Shown: positions 53,497 through 62,200 of the stretch, piece by piece
How the letters are laid out: every line of letters starts with the position of its first letter
Numbering within the stretch: position 1 is the stretch's first letter
Source: Desulfosoma sp.
GTDB lineage: Bacteria > Desulfobacterota > Syntrophobacteria > Syntrophobacterales > DSM-9756
Assembly (NCBI GenBank): GCA_037481875.1
Contig: JBBFKY010000001.1
Coordinates: 285,782-349,781 of the forward strand
DNA: 64,000 nucleotides
Direction of reading: 5' to 3'
Notes under the pieces: model-generated
Seen by the model: the letters and a program-made list of their open reading frames with translations, nothing else
What the model was told of the DNA's origin: nothing
Databases searched by the model: none
Position numbers and translations under genes: made by a program

Positions 53497-56247
53497 ATGA
53501 ACGCGGCAAACTGGACGAAAACGATCAATGTCTTAGGCCGAACTTTTCAAGTTGTGGATCTCGACGTCCTGGCGCGACATTTCGGCGTGGATCTGCAGGG
53601 ACTTCCTTTCTCTATTCGAATCCTACTGGAAAACGTGGCGAGGAAACTGGACCAGATGACCGTCAAGGATTCTGACCTGGAAAATGTGGCCCGATGGGGT
53701 TCTTCACCAAATGGTTCCGCGGAAGTGGCTTTTTATCCGGCAAGGGTGCTCATGCAGGATTTTACCGGTGTCCCGGCCGTCGTGGATCTGGCGGCCATGC
53801 GGGATGCCATGAAGGCTTTGGGTGGTGATCCTCGCGTTATCAATCCCTTGGTCCCTGTGGACTTGGTGATCGATCATTCAATACAGGTGGATGCTTACGG
53901 CACTGAAAGAGCCCTCCAGATCAACACGGCCAAGGAGTATGAACGAAACCGAGAACGTTACGAACTCTTGAAGTGGGCTCAAAAAACCTTTGACACTCTA
54001 AAGGTGGTCCCGCCTCGATCCGGAATCTGTCACCAGGTGAACCTGGAATACCTCTCTCAAGTGATCATCGCCGACTCCTCTACTTCCCGCCACATACCAT
54101 GGGCTTATCCGGACACTGTGGTGGGAACGGATTCTCACACCACCATGATCAACGGGATCGGTGTCCTGGGCTGGGGCGTTGGAGGCATCGAGGCGGAAGC
54201 GGTCATGCTGGGACAACCTTACTGGATGACCCTTCCGGAAGTCATCGGCGTGCGACTCGTGGGGCGTCTTCGTCCTGGAGTGACAGCGACCGACCTGGTG
54301 CTTCACGTCACAGAACGGCTTCGTGGCTACAACGTTGTGGAAAAATTTGTGGAATTTTTTGGTCCGGGGCTTGGGCATCTTTCGTTACCGGATCGAGCCA
54401 CAGTGGCCAACATGGCTCCTGAATATGGTGCCACGGTGGGATTTTTCCCGGTCGATGCTGTTACTGTGGCATACCTTCGGTCCACCGGCAGAGAAACCCA
54501 AGCGACCCTGGTGGAAATCGGGGCTCGAGCGCTCCACCTTTTTGCGGACTCTGATCGTGATCCCCGCTATACAGACGTTCTCGAGTTGGACATGGCGACA
54601 GTGGAGCCATCCCTTGCCGGCCCGGCTAGGCCTCAAGACCGCATTCCTCTCTGCCGCATGAAAGAAAAATTTGCGGATGTCCTGGGCTGTCGCTACGATG
54701 CCACCGTACCTAAGACGCAGAAGTCCGTTTTCATGCAAGAATCCGGATGTCGAACGGAAAAATTGAAAGCCTGTGTGCCACTAGGGCAACGTTTTTTCCC
54801 TGTGGACATTCACGGTCGGCTTTCTCACATCGGAGATGGCAGTGTGGTCATCGCGGCGATCACGTCCTGCACCAATACATCGAATCCAACGGTCATGATG
54901 GGAGCGGGACTGCTGGCTCGAAACGCCGTGCGTCGAGGTCTGACCGTTCCACCTCATGTGAAAACATCCCTTGCACCGGGAAGCACCGTTGTTATGGATT
55001 ACCTGGCCGATGCCGGTCTTTTGCCCTTTTTGGAAGCCCTTGGGTTTCACTGTGTGGGTTTCGGCTGCACTACCTGTATCGGAAACAGCGGGCCACTGCC
55101 TCCAGCCGTGGAAAAGGTCATCGAGGAACATGGGCTTAACGTGGCTGCAGTGCTTTCAGGGAACAGAAACTTTGAGGCCCGCGTTCACCCGCGTGTTCGT
55201 TCCAATTACCTGGCATCCCCCATCCTTGTGGTGGCCTACGCCTTGGCAGGGCGCATCGATGTGGATATGGCGCGTGAACCGCTCGCTCTGGACCCCAACG
55301 GAGATCCGGTTTATCTGGAAGAATTATGGCCCACGAGCGAAGAGGTGGCCCGGTGGATAGAAAGGTCGGTCAAGAAGAAGTTTTTTCAAAAGGCCTATGC
55401 GAACGTTTATGAGGGGGATTCCCTCTGGAAAGACCTCGAGGTTGCGGAAGGGACCACCTTCGTCTGGAAGCCCGAATCCACCTACATACGAAAGCCGCCC
55501 TATTTTGAAGCCATGCCTCCGGAACCCGAGCCGCTTCGTGACATTGAAGGGGCTCGGGTTTTGCTGCTTTTGGGCCGATCGGTCACCACGGATCACATTT
55601 CTCCGGCAGGATCCATTCCAAAAGATTACCCTGCAGGCCGCTACCTCATGGAGCATGGAGTGAATCCATCGGATTTCAACTCCTACGGAGCACGCCGCGG
55701 CAATCATGAAGTCATGATTCGTGGCACCTTCGGCAATATTCGACTGCGTAACCGGTTGGTTGATGACCGAGAAGGATCTTGGACACGCAAGTTCCCCGAA
55801 GATCGCCTCATGTTCGTTTACGATGCGGCTATGGCCTATGCCAAAGAAGGCACACCTCTCCTTGTGCTGGCCGGAGAAGAATACGGCACCGGTTCTTCTC
55901 GGGACTGGGCCGCCAAGGGGACGGCGCTTCTAGGCGTTCGTGCTGTCATCGCCCAATCCTTTGAAAGGATTCATCGCAGTAATCTTGTCGGTATGGGAGT
56001 TTTGCCGCTGGTTTTTGAGAAGGGAGAAAGCTGGGAATCCTTAGGACTCGATGGCACGGAGGTTTTTCATGTGAAAGGGGTGAGCGGCCTGGCACCTCGA
56101 AAACGCCTTGAAGTGACGGCAGTAAAACCTGATGGCACCATCGTGAACTTCGCTGTGACCGCACGGTTGGAAACAGAGATTGAAGTGGAATACTTCCGTC
56201 ACGGAGGCATTTTGCCTTACGTGTTACGCAAACGACTCCAGGGGTGA
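53497..56247 (+). CDS. acnA: Aconitate hydratase A
   Basis: RVLMQDFTGVPAVVDLAAMR, DHSIQVD, GICHQVNLE, GTDSHT, ITSCTNTSNP, GCTTCIGNSG, SGNRNFE, VTTDHISPAG, GSSRDWAAKG. Confidence 0.97.
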   Translation: MNAANWTKTINVLGRTFQVVDLDVLARHFGVDLQGLPFSIRILLENVARKLDQMTVKDSDLENVARWGSSPNGSAEVAFYPARVLMQDFTGVPAVVDLAAMRDAMKALGGDPRVINPLVPVDLVIDHSIQVDAYGTERALQINTAKEYERNRERYELLKWAQKTFDTLKVVPPRSGICHQVNLEYLSQVIIADSSTSRHIPWAYPDTVVGTDSHTTMINGIGVLGWGVGGIEAEAVMLGQPYWMTLPEVIGVRLVGRLRPGVTATDLVLHVTERLRGYNVVEKFVEFFGPGLGHLSLPDRATVANMAPEYGATVGFFPVDAVTVAYLRSTGRETQATLVEIGARALHLFADSDRDPRYTDVLELDMATVEPSLAGPARPQDRIPLCRMKEKFADVLGCRYDATVPKTQKSVFMQESGCRTEKLKACVPLGQRFFPVDIHGRLSHIGDGSVVIAAITSCTNTSNPTVMMGAGLLARNAVRRGLTVPPHVKTSLAPGSTVVMDYLADAGLLPFLEALGFHCVGFGCTTCIGNSGPLPPAVEKVIEEHGLNVAAVLSGNRNFEARVHPRVRSNYLASPILVVAYALAGRIDVDMAREPLALDPNGDPVYLEELWPTSEEVARWIERSVKKKFFQKAYANVYEGDSLWKDLEVAEGTTFVWKPESTYIRKPPYFEAMPPEPEPLRDIEGARVLLLLGRSVTTDHISPAGSIPKDYPAGRYLMEHGVNPSDFNSYGARRGNHEVMIRGTFGNIRLRNRLVDDREGSWTRKFPEDRLMFVYDAAMAYAKEGTPLLVLAGEEYGTGSSRDWAAKGTALLGVRAVIAQSFERIHRSNLVGMGVLPLVFEKGESWESLGLDGTEVFHVKGVSGLAPRKRLEVTAVKPDGTIVNFAVTARLETEIEVEYFRHGGILPYVLRKRLQG

Positions 56248-56276
56248 ACCTTCTGCCTCCATGTCGGCTTCGGTCC

Positions 56277-56627
56277 CTATTTCTTGAAGAACAGGTAGGC
56301 GGCAAGGCCGACGAGAACGACGGCAAAGATCTTCTTGAAATGGGCCGTGGATACATGTTCCACCAGTCGGGCGCCGATCTGGGCGCCCAGAATACCCCCG
56401 ATTCCCAGCAAAAGACCGGCTCGGTAATCCACATTGGCCAATTTATTGTGGGCCACGAGGGCCGAAATGGAAATCACCAAAATGGCCATGAAGGATGTTC
56501 CCACGGCTCGTTGGGCGGAATAGCCCAAATAGAGGAGCAGGGGAACCATGAGAAAGCCGCCTCCGAGTCCCGTGAAGGCGGCGCCGATTCCCACCAAAAT
56601 ACCGCTGGCCATCAAGATCCACCACAT
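56277..56627 (-). CDS. Half-size (single-repeat) TauE/SafE-family membrane protein
   Basis: 116 aa, about 4 TM, FTGLGGGFLMVP..AVGTS, one repeat only. Confidence 0.75.
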   Translation of the reverse strand: MWWILMASGILVGIGAAFTGLGGGFLMVPLLLYLGYSAQRAVGTSFMAILVISISALVAHNKLANVDYRAGLLLGIGGILGAQIGARLVEHVSTAHFKKIFAVVLVGLAAYLFFKK

Positions 56628-56761
56628 TCCTGTCACGTGGGCGCTCCCAGAATCTGCTCTTGTTCCAACGGATGGAGAAAAGCTTAAGTCAGTGAAAGAG
56701 GCGACCTTTTTATGACCCTTGCTCATTTCGTGTCGAACATATTGAAAAAGCCCCTTCCATG

Positions 56762-56850
56762 TGGTGCCTGGGGCGGGAATCGAACCCGCACGGGCACAAA
56801 GTCCCAAGGGATTTTAAGTCCCTTGTGTCTGCCTATTCCACCACCCAGGC
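56762..56850 (-). tRNA. tRNA-Leu (anticodon UAA)
   Basis: GCCTGGGTGGTGGAATAGGCAGACAC-AAGGGA-CTTAAAA-TCCCTT, long variable arm, GGTTCGATTCC T-loop, encoded CCA. Confidence 0.97.
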
Positions 56851-56986
56851 ACGCTATGAACGGTAGCACAGCCTGCCGCCCACTGGCAAGGGCAATGGAT
56901 ATGACTATGCCGTTCGGCCCCTTGTTGGCCGGCCCCAAGGGTGCGGCTCGAATAGGCAAGGCTTTTGAGCATGAGGGAGTTCAAGC

Positions 56987-57217
56987 GTGGTTTTCTGGGA
57001 GGACGGACCGATGTGGCCGCCATCAAAAGAAATCGGCTATTCGGCCGTTCCTGGTGTGGCAACTCATTGGGTCGGTTTTGACAATGTTCCCAGTGAGGTC
57101 TGCCAGAGTTTGGATGAGCAGTACGACGATGGTGTTTGGAATACGGGGAGTATTTGCGGTTCGGGTAATTATGGAGGCAACCCTAATACCACTTACGATC
57201 TCTATTTTAAAATGTAA
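56987..57217 (+). pseudogene. Possible C-terminal fragment of a pilin/pseudopilin-like protein
   Basis: VCQSLDEQYDDGVWNTG..C resembles the ID.K.DDG...TG motif of prepilin-type proteins; in-frame TGA at 56972 and no N-terminal methylation helix. Confidence 0.35.
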
Positions 57218-57280
57218 AAAGCTTGTGAGAAAGGGCAGGTTTTGGCCCTGCCCTTTTTCCCATGTCTACCAGCCCATTTC

Positions 57281-58363
57281 TCAGAAAGTGGAATCGCACA
57301 AAAAACCCACCAAGCTGCGAACCAATTGGGCCATAAAGCCAAAGTCCAGAGTTTCCATGGTGTCATGGATGGTGTGGTAGTAGGGATTACGATAGAAAGC
57401 GGAATCGGTGACCATGACGGCTGGGTAGCCGGCGTCCCAAAAAGGCGCGTGATCGCTTAAGCGCACGGACGGAATGAGCCAGCCGTTGAAAGGCACCGTC
57501 AGAGTGATGACAGGAAGGTCTGGGTTTTTCTTAAACGATTGTTCCATGGCACGGATCAGACTGCGTGAGCCGAAATTGCCCACAATGCCGATAAAATCCC
57601 CCGTAGATGGATAATTCCTGAAACCCAGCGGAAAAGGATAACTCTGGCAACCCGGTTTTCGGCAGGTGTAGCCCACCATTTCCAGGCAGATCATGCCGTC
57701 GATACGTTCCCTGGCCTTTTTGGCATTTTTAGCCCGCATACGGCTTCCCATAAACCGTGTTCCATACGCCGGGGGTTCTTCCAAGGCAAAGGCTACGAAC
57801 TGGACACTCGCCTGAGCTGTATCGAAACAACGAAGAGCCTGCACCAGCCGGGCGGTTTCCAAAAGAACAGCGACGGCGCTGGCGTTGTCATCGGCGCCGA
57901 CGGTTCTTGCTAGAGAGTCGTAATGGGCTCCCACAAGGTAGCGACGTCGAGGCTTTTCAGGGCCGGTTTCGGCCAGAATGTTGGCCACGGTGGTGTTTTC
58001 GTAAGGGTAAGGTTCTTCGCGGACATGAAGCCCCTGTGCCCGCAATGTGTCGGCGATATAACTCGCAGCTTGAGCGTGATTCTTGGGGGTCAAAACACTG
58101 CGCTCCCCAATTTCCACGGTAAGGACATGAAGATGGTCTCGCAAAGCCTTTTCCACCTCGACCATGTTCAGGGAGGGATCGACCAGGAGTGGACCAGCCA
58201 TGGCAGCCCCCGTCGTGTGACCCAAAAAAAACATGACAAAGCTTAGGCAATAACGTGCTTGTCCTGCGCCCAGGCCTTGACCGATTCTTTTTCTCAAAAG
58301 CTTCTTTGAAAACCAAACCGTCAGTGAATGGTACAGGGAATGGCCTTCTTTCGACAACGGCAT
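57281..58363 (-). CDS. M28-family metallopeptidase
   Basis: VGAHYDS..GADDNASAVA, ALEEPP, CLEMVG, SDHAPFWDAGYPA, YHT..DT; start uncertain. Confidence 0.88.
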   Translation of the reverse strand: MPLSKEGHSLYHSLTVWFSKKLLRKRIGQGLGAGQARYCLSFVMFFLGHTTGAAMAGPLLVDPSLNMVEVEKALRDHLHVLTVEIGERSVLTPKNHAQAASYIADTLRAQGLHVREEPYPYENTTVANILAETGPEKPRRRYLVGAHYDSLARTVGADDNASAVAVLLETARLVQALRCFDTAQASVQFVAFALEEPPAYGTRFMGSRMRAKNAKKARERIDGMICLEMVGYTCRKPGCQSYPFPLGFRNYPSTGDFIGIVGNFGSRSLIRAMEQSFKKNPDLPVITLTVPFNGWLIPSVRLSDHAPFWDAGYPAVMVTDSAFYRNPYYHTIHDTMETLDFGFMAQLVRSLVGFLCDSTF

Positions 58364-58390
58364 CGTTCATCAACCTGGCTCTTATTAAAC

Positions 58391-58890
58391 CGTAGGGCGC
58401 ATGGAGCGTAGGGCGCATGGAGCGAAGCGAAATGCGCCGTACAAAATACACCATACAAAATACACCGCACAAACCACTCCACACAAACTACGCCATACCA
58501 ACTACGCCGTACAGACTACGCCCCACAAATTACGCCATACCAACCACGCCATACAAAAAACACCATACCAACCACGCCATACGAGATACGCCATACAACT
58601 TCCACCGCAAGGAAGCACCACCCCAACCGCCCCATCCGAATCCGTCGATTCAGCGTACGCTCATTGTATTAGGTGTCAAGGCACAAGGTGAATGGGTACC
58701 GATTGGGGGGTGGTGGGGGAGTGGTTTTGGAGGATTATGCTTCGTATTTGATGGTGGCGGATTACACTTAGCCTCTAAGGATGGCGGATTACGGCGTTGC
58801 GCCTAATGATAGCAGATTACACTTAACCTCTAAGGATGGCGGATTACGGCTTCGCCTTCATCCGCCCTACGGGTTATGGGTTGGGCTTTG
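58391..58890. repeat. REP class B cluster with a 16-bp duplication, a 14-bp tandem array and a 36-bp duplication
   Basis: CGTAGGGCGCATGGAG twice (58391-58422); 12 degenerate 14-mers (58429-58596); 36-bp repeat at 58760 and 58815; reverse REP at 58838-58870. Confidence 0.85.
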
Positions 58891-58986
58891 GGCGCTGTGG
58901 CGACGCAGCCTTTCGGCCGATCTTGTCAGGAGCAGGCACGGCTGCTAAAGTTCTAAAAAAACACGCCGAAAGAGGGAGCTGGGCGC

Positions 58987-59514
58987 ATGAGCTTTGCCGG
59001 ATCATCTCTGAGCGAAAGGGAAGTGAAGGATTGGATCGCGCAAAGCGTGGAACACCTTTTTCGAGAAAAGCTCGATGAGCTTCTCTCGGAAAGGCTTACC
59101 GCGTTTGTCAAGGAAAACGAACAGCGCGCGCGGGAACTTTCCCTGATGGAAAGGGTGGTTCGGGTCGAGGAAGAGCTGCGGGCCCTGAAAGAGATCCAGA
59201 TTGTTCATTTTAAGGCTTCCGAGAAGCGCTTTGAAGCTATCGAAAAGCGTTTTGAAGCCATGGATAAACGCTTTGAGTCGCTGCAGCGTGAAATGATCGT
59301 ACGGTTTGAGGCTGTCGATAAGCGTTTTGAAGCCATGGAAAAGCGTTTTGAAGCGATGCAGCGTGAAACCAACGCCCGTTTTGAAGCCATGCAACGTGAA
59401 ACCAATGCTCGTTTTGAGGCTATGGACAAGCGGTTCACCCAGCTTCAATGGACCATTGGCTTGGGTTTCGGGCTTATGGCAGCCATCATGGGGACGCTGC
59501 GATTTTTAGGGTAA
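58987..59514 (+). CDS. Coiled-coil protein with (K/A)RFEA(M/I) heptad/hendecad repeats and a C-terminal TM anchor (DUF1640/CCDC90-like)
   Basis: Repeats KRFEAIE KRFEAMD KRFESLQ.. RETNARFEAMQ twice; C-terminal WTIGLGFGLMAAIMG; GGGAG RBS. Confidence 0.75.
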   Translation: MSFAGSSLSEREVKDWIAQSVEHLFREKLDELLSERLTAFVKENEQRARELSLMERVVRVEEELRALKEIQIVHFKASEKRFEAIEKRFEAMDKRFESLQREMIVRFEAVDKRFEAMEKRFEAMQRETNARFEAMQRETNARFEAMDKRFTQLQWTIGLGFGLMAAIMGTLRFLG

Positions 59515-59583
59515 GCGGCAGCGGATTCCGGTTCGTTGTGTTTGGCGGGCGTATGACGTGCGATTCTGCTTCGGTATGTATGA

Positions 59584-59870
59584 CCGCGGATTTCATTTCG
59601 CTCCATCCGGTGCGCGTGGGTGATCGAGTGATGGCGGATTTCGCTTCGCTCCATCCGCCCTACAGATGGGTTCATGGGTGGTGGCGGATTTCGCTTCGCT
59701 TCATCCGCCCTACAGTATCCCCCATCATCAAACTCAACCCCATACCCCGTAGGGCGCATGAAGCGAAGCGTAATGCGCCACCCATGCCACCCAACCAGTT
59801 GCCAGCCATGCCACCCAAAACGTAGGGCGCATGAAGGCGAAGCCGCAATGCCCCCTACGGGTTGGGAGGA
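59584..59870. repeat. REP class B cluster (about 5 copies, both orientations)
   Basis: GGCGGATTTCGCTTCGCT(C/T)CATCCGCCCTAC at about 59633 and 59682; GTAGGGCGCATGAAG at 59749 and 59822. Confidence 0.85.
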
Positions 59871-59906
59871 TCCGGCCCCTACGCCACAGGAACCTCCATG
59901 GTGTCT

Positions 59907-60532
59907 CCTAGCAACGGATCGTCGTTGACAAGCCACGCGGGTGTCTCTCGCAACACCTTCTATTTGGGGGCGTCCAGCGGCATTCTCAACCTGCCAGGAT
60001 GGAACGCCGTCCCCAGATCCACAAACCTCTCGCCCATACCATCAATTTTTCCACGCAGACCAGGAATGGAGCTCGTGGGAAGGGACTTTGCTGTTACAAC
60101 GCCCAACAGGTTCTGCAACCTCGAACCATTATCAAAGTTTTAACCCGGTTTTGTTACGAATTCGCAAAAAAGTTGCAGGGGCTCTCCTAGTGCAAGAACG
60201 AAAGCTTTTCGCCTTGGAGTATGGCTTATGCTTGACGATCTAACCACTACCTATTTTGATGATAACCTCAGCGCTGAGGGAGCCCGGCGGGGGGCATCTA
60301 AGGAAGAAAGAAGCGATCGAGATCTTGTGACCTTAATAGGGCAGAGGATTCACATTTGGCATAGGTCGAAGCCAGAACGCATCCATGGAGAGATTGACAA
60401 CGCTCTTGGGCTGCCAAATCGCCCGCCCAGGAGTGTTATGAGCGTTGACTGAAAAATCCGTGGCGGAAAAGAAAAAACACAAATTAAGCAAAAACAATAA
60501 CGTACGCCAAAAAATGACAAAGTTGGGCTAGG
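59907..60532 (+). mobile_element. Degenerate, internally deleted IS1634-family transposase remnant
   Basis: ERKLFALE (one frame) and LDDLTTTYFD..ARRGASKEERSD..LVTL (another frame) resemble the recalled IS1634 motif LF.L...LYDLT.TYFEG..G.SK..RSD..LV; candidate 6-bp ends CCTAGC/GCTAGG. Confidence 0.55.
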
Positions 60533-60610
60533 TTCGGTTACAGGCCAATTTTCTCACAAACTGTCCCGACGAACAGCGAGCCTCGAGCAAGCTTAAGGAG
60601 GGGGGAAAGA

Positions 60611-62008
60611 ATGAAACACGAGAATTTGAGACTGGAACGGGACACCTTGGGTGAAGTATGGGTGCCGGAGACGGCTTACTACGGGGCGCAGACGCAAAGA
60701 GCGATTGAAAATTTTGCCATGAGCGGGCGTTCGATGCCCAGGCCCTTTCTGGAGGCTTTAGCGCTGATCAAAGAAAAAGCCGCGGAGGTCCATGCGCTTC
60801 ACGGCAGGCTCGATTCCGTTTTGGCGGACGCCATTTGTCAAGCGGCTCGCGAAGTTCGAGCAGGCAAACACTGGGATCAGTTTCCCGTAGACGTGTTTCA
60901 GACAGGTTCCGGGACGTCTACGAACATGAACATGAATGAAGTGCTGGCCGGGCGTGCCAATGAAATCCTTACGGGGCGCCGAGGGGGGAAACATCCTGTT
61001 CATCCCAACGACCACGTCAATATGGCCCAGTCCAGCAATGATGTCATTCCGACGGCTCTGCATATTGCAGCCTGGCGCCTTCTCCAGGACAAGACCATTC
61101 CGGCTTTGGTTCGTCTCGAAGGAGCGCTTCAGGAAAAAGCCAAAGCCTTTGCCGACGTTCTCAAGATCGGCCGCACGCACCTCCAGGATGCTTTGCCGGT
61201 CACCCTAGGTCAGGAATTTTCCGGTTACGCTCGCCAAGTGTCTTTGGCGGTGGAAAGGCTGCGTTCCGTGCAGGCTCGGCTATGTGAGGTGGCCCTCGGG
61301 GGCACCGCAGTAGGAACCGGCGTGGGTGTGCCGTCGGGTTTTGTGCAGGAAGTCCTGGAGCGCATTGAAGCCGAAACAGGCTGTGTATTTCGAGAGGCTC
61401 AGAACCATTTTGAGGCCCAAAGCAGTCAGGATGCCGTGGTGGAAACGGGAGGGACTCTTAAGACGGTTGCCGTGAGCCTTTGGAAAATTGCCAATGATCT
61501 GCGCTGGCTTGCTTCGGGGCCACGCTGCGGTCTAGGAGAAATCCAGCTACCCGCCGTCCAACCGGGATCTTCCATGATGCCGGGTAAAGTCAACCCCGTG
61601 ATTCTTGAGGCTGTGCTTCAGGCCGCTGCTCGAGTTATGGGAAACGACACGACGCTGACTCTGGCCGGACAAGCAGGAATTTTTGAACTCCATATGATGC
61701 TGCCGCTCCTGGCCGACACCCTTCTAGAGTCCATTCATCTGATCACCCAAAGCGCCCTTGTGTTGGTGGAAAAATGTCTTGTGGGGCTTCAAGCCGACCG
61801 GGAACGTTGTGCTGCCATGGTGGAGCAGAGCCTGGCTCTGGCCACCTATCTCGTGCCGCTTGTGGGTTACGATCGGGCGGCCCAAGTGGCCCAAAAAGCC
61901 CACGAAGACGGAATCACGGTGCGAGAGGCGGCTCTGGCCTTGAACATCGCAGATCCCGATGTGATCGATCAGGTTTTGGCTAAAGCCCTGGGGCGCACCA
62001 TTTCATGA
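60611..62008 (+). CDS. fumC: Class II fumarate hydratase
   Basis: YYGAQTQRA, FQTGSGTSTNMNMNEV, VHPNDHVNMAQSSND, KIGRTHLQDA, GSSMMPGKVNPV. Confidence 0.93.
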   Translation: MKHENLRLERDTLGEVWVPETAYYGAQTQRAIENFAMSGRSMPRPFLEALALIKEKAAEVHALHGRLDSVLADAICQAAREVRAGKHWDQFPVDVFQTGSGTSTNMNMNEVLAGRANEILTGRRGGKHPVHPNDHVNMAQSSNDVIPTALHIAAWRLLQDKTIPALVRLEGALQEKAKAFADVLKIGRTHLQDALPVTLGQEFSGYARQVSLAVERLRSVQARLCEVALGGTAVGTGVGVPSGFVQEVLERIEAETGCVFREAQNHFEAQSSQDAVVETGGTLKTVAVSLWKIANDLRWLASGPRCGLGEIQLPAVQPGSSMMPGKVNPVILEAVLQAAARVMGNDTTLTLAGQAGIFELHMMLPLLADTLLESIHLITQSALVLVEKCLVGLQADRERCAAMVEQSLALATYLVPLVGYDRAAQVAQKAHEDGITVREAALALNIADPDVIDQVLAKALGRTIS

Positions 62009-62083
62009 CATTTTATGACAACGGTAACGTCAAAACTCTGACGATACGTCCCAGCTTCTTTGCGCCTTTTAACTCATCTTTTT

Positions 62084-62099
62084 CGGCTTAGATTTTGCA
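62084..62099 (+). promoter_or_regulatory. Putative sigma54 promoter of the muramidase-like gene
   Basis: CGGCTTAGATTTTGCA: GG-N10-GC with TTTGCA at -12. Confidence 0.5.
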
Positions 62100-62200
62100 A
62101 GCCTCTATCTCCGGAGTCAGCACAAGGATGTGCCGTCAAGCCGGGTCAAGGGCCGATCCCGGCAGCCGTGGAAAAAGGTGCCGCACAGGAGGAAAACCAC

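Noticed and set aside
56712-57380. 222-aa plus-strand ORF
   Set aside because: It runs antisense through tRNA-Leu and has no protein-like features
58417-58806. 129-aa ORF with T..Y/HTNYA repeats
   Set aside because: It is a translation of the 14-bp non-coding array, which is not a multiple of 3, and it starts inside a REP
58429-58850. Possible CRISPR array
   Set aside because: The 14-bp units are contiguous with no spacers, the 36-bp repeat has only two copies 19 bp apart and includes REP arms, and no cas genes are present
56700-60600. tRNA-anchored integrative island
   Set aside because: The accessory DNA lies on the 5' side of the tRNA, there is no integrase, and no duplicated tRNA 3' end (att site) was found
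62136-62159. FliA (sigma28) promoter TCAAG..GCCGAT upstream of the muramidase-like gene
   Set aside because: Spacing is 3 bp shorter than the TAAA-N15-GCCGATAA consensus
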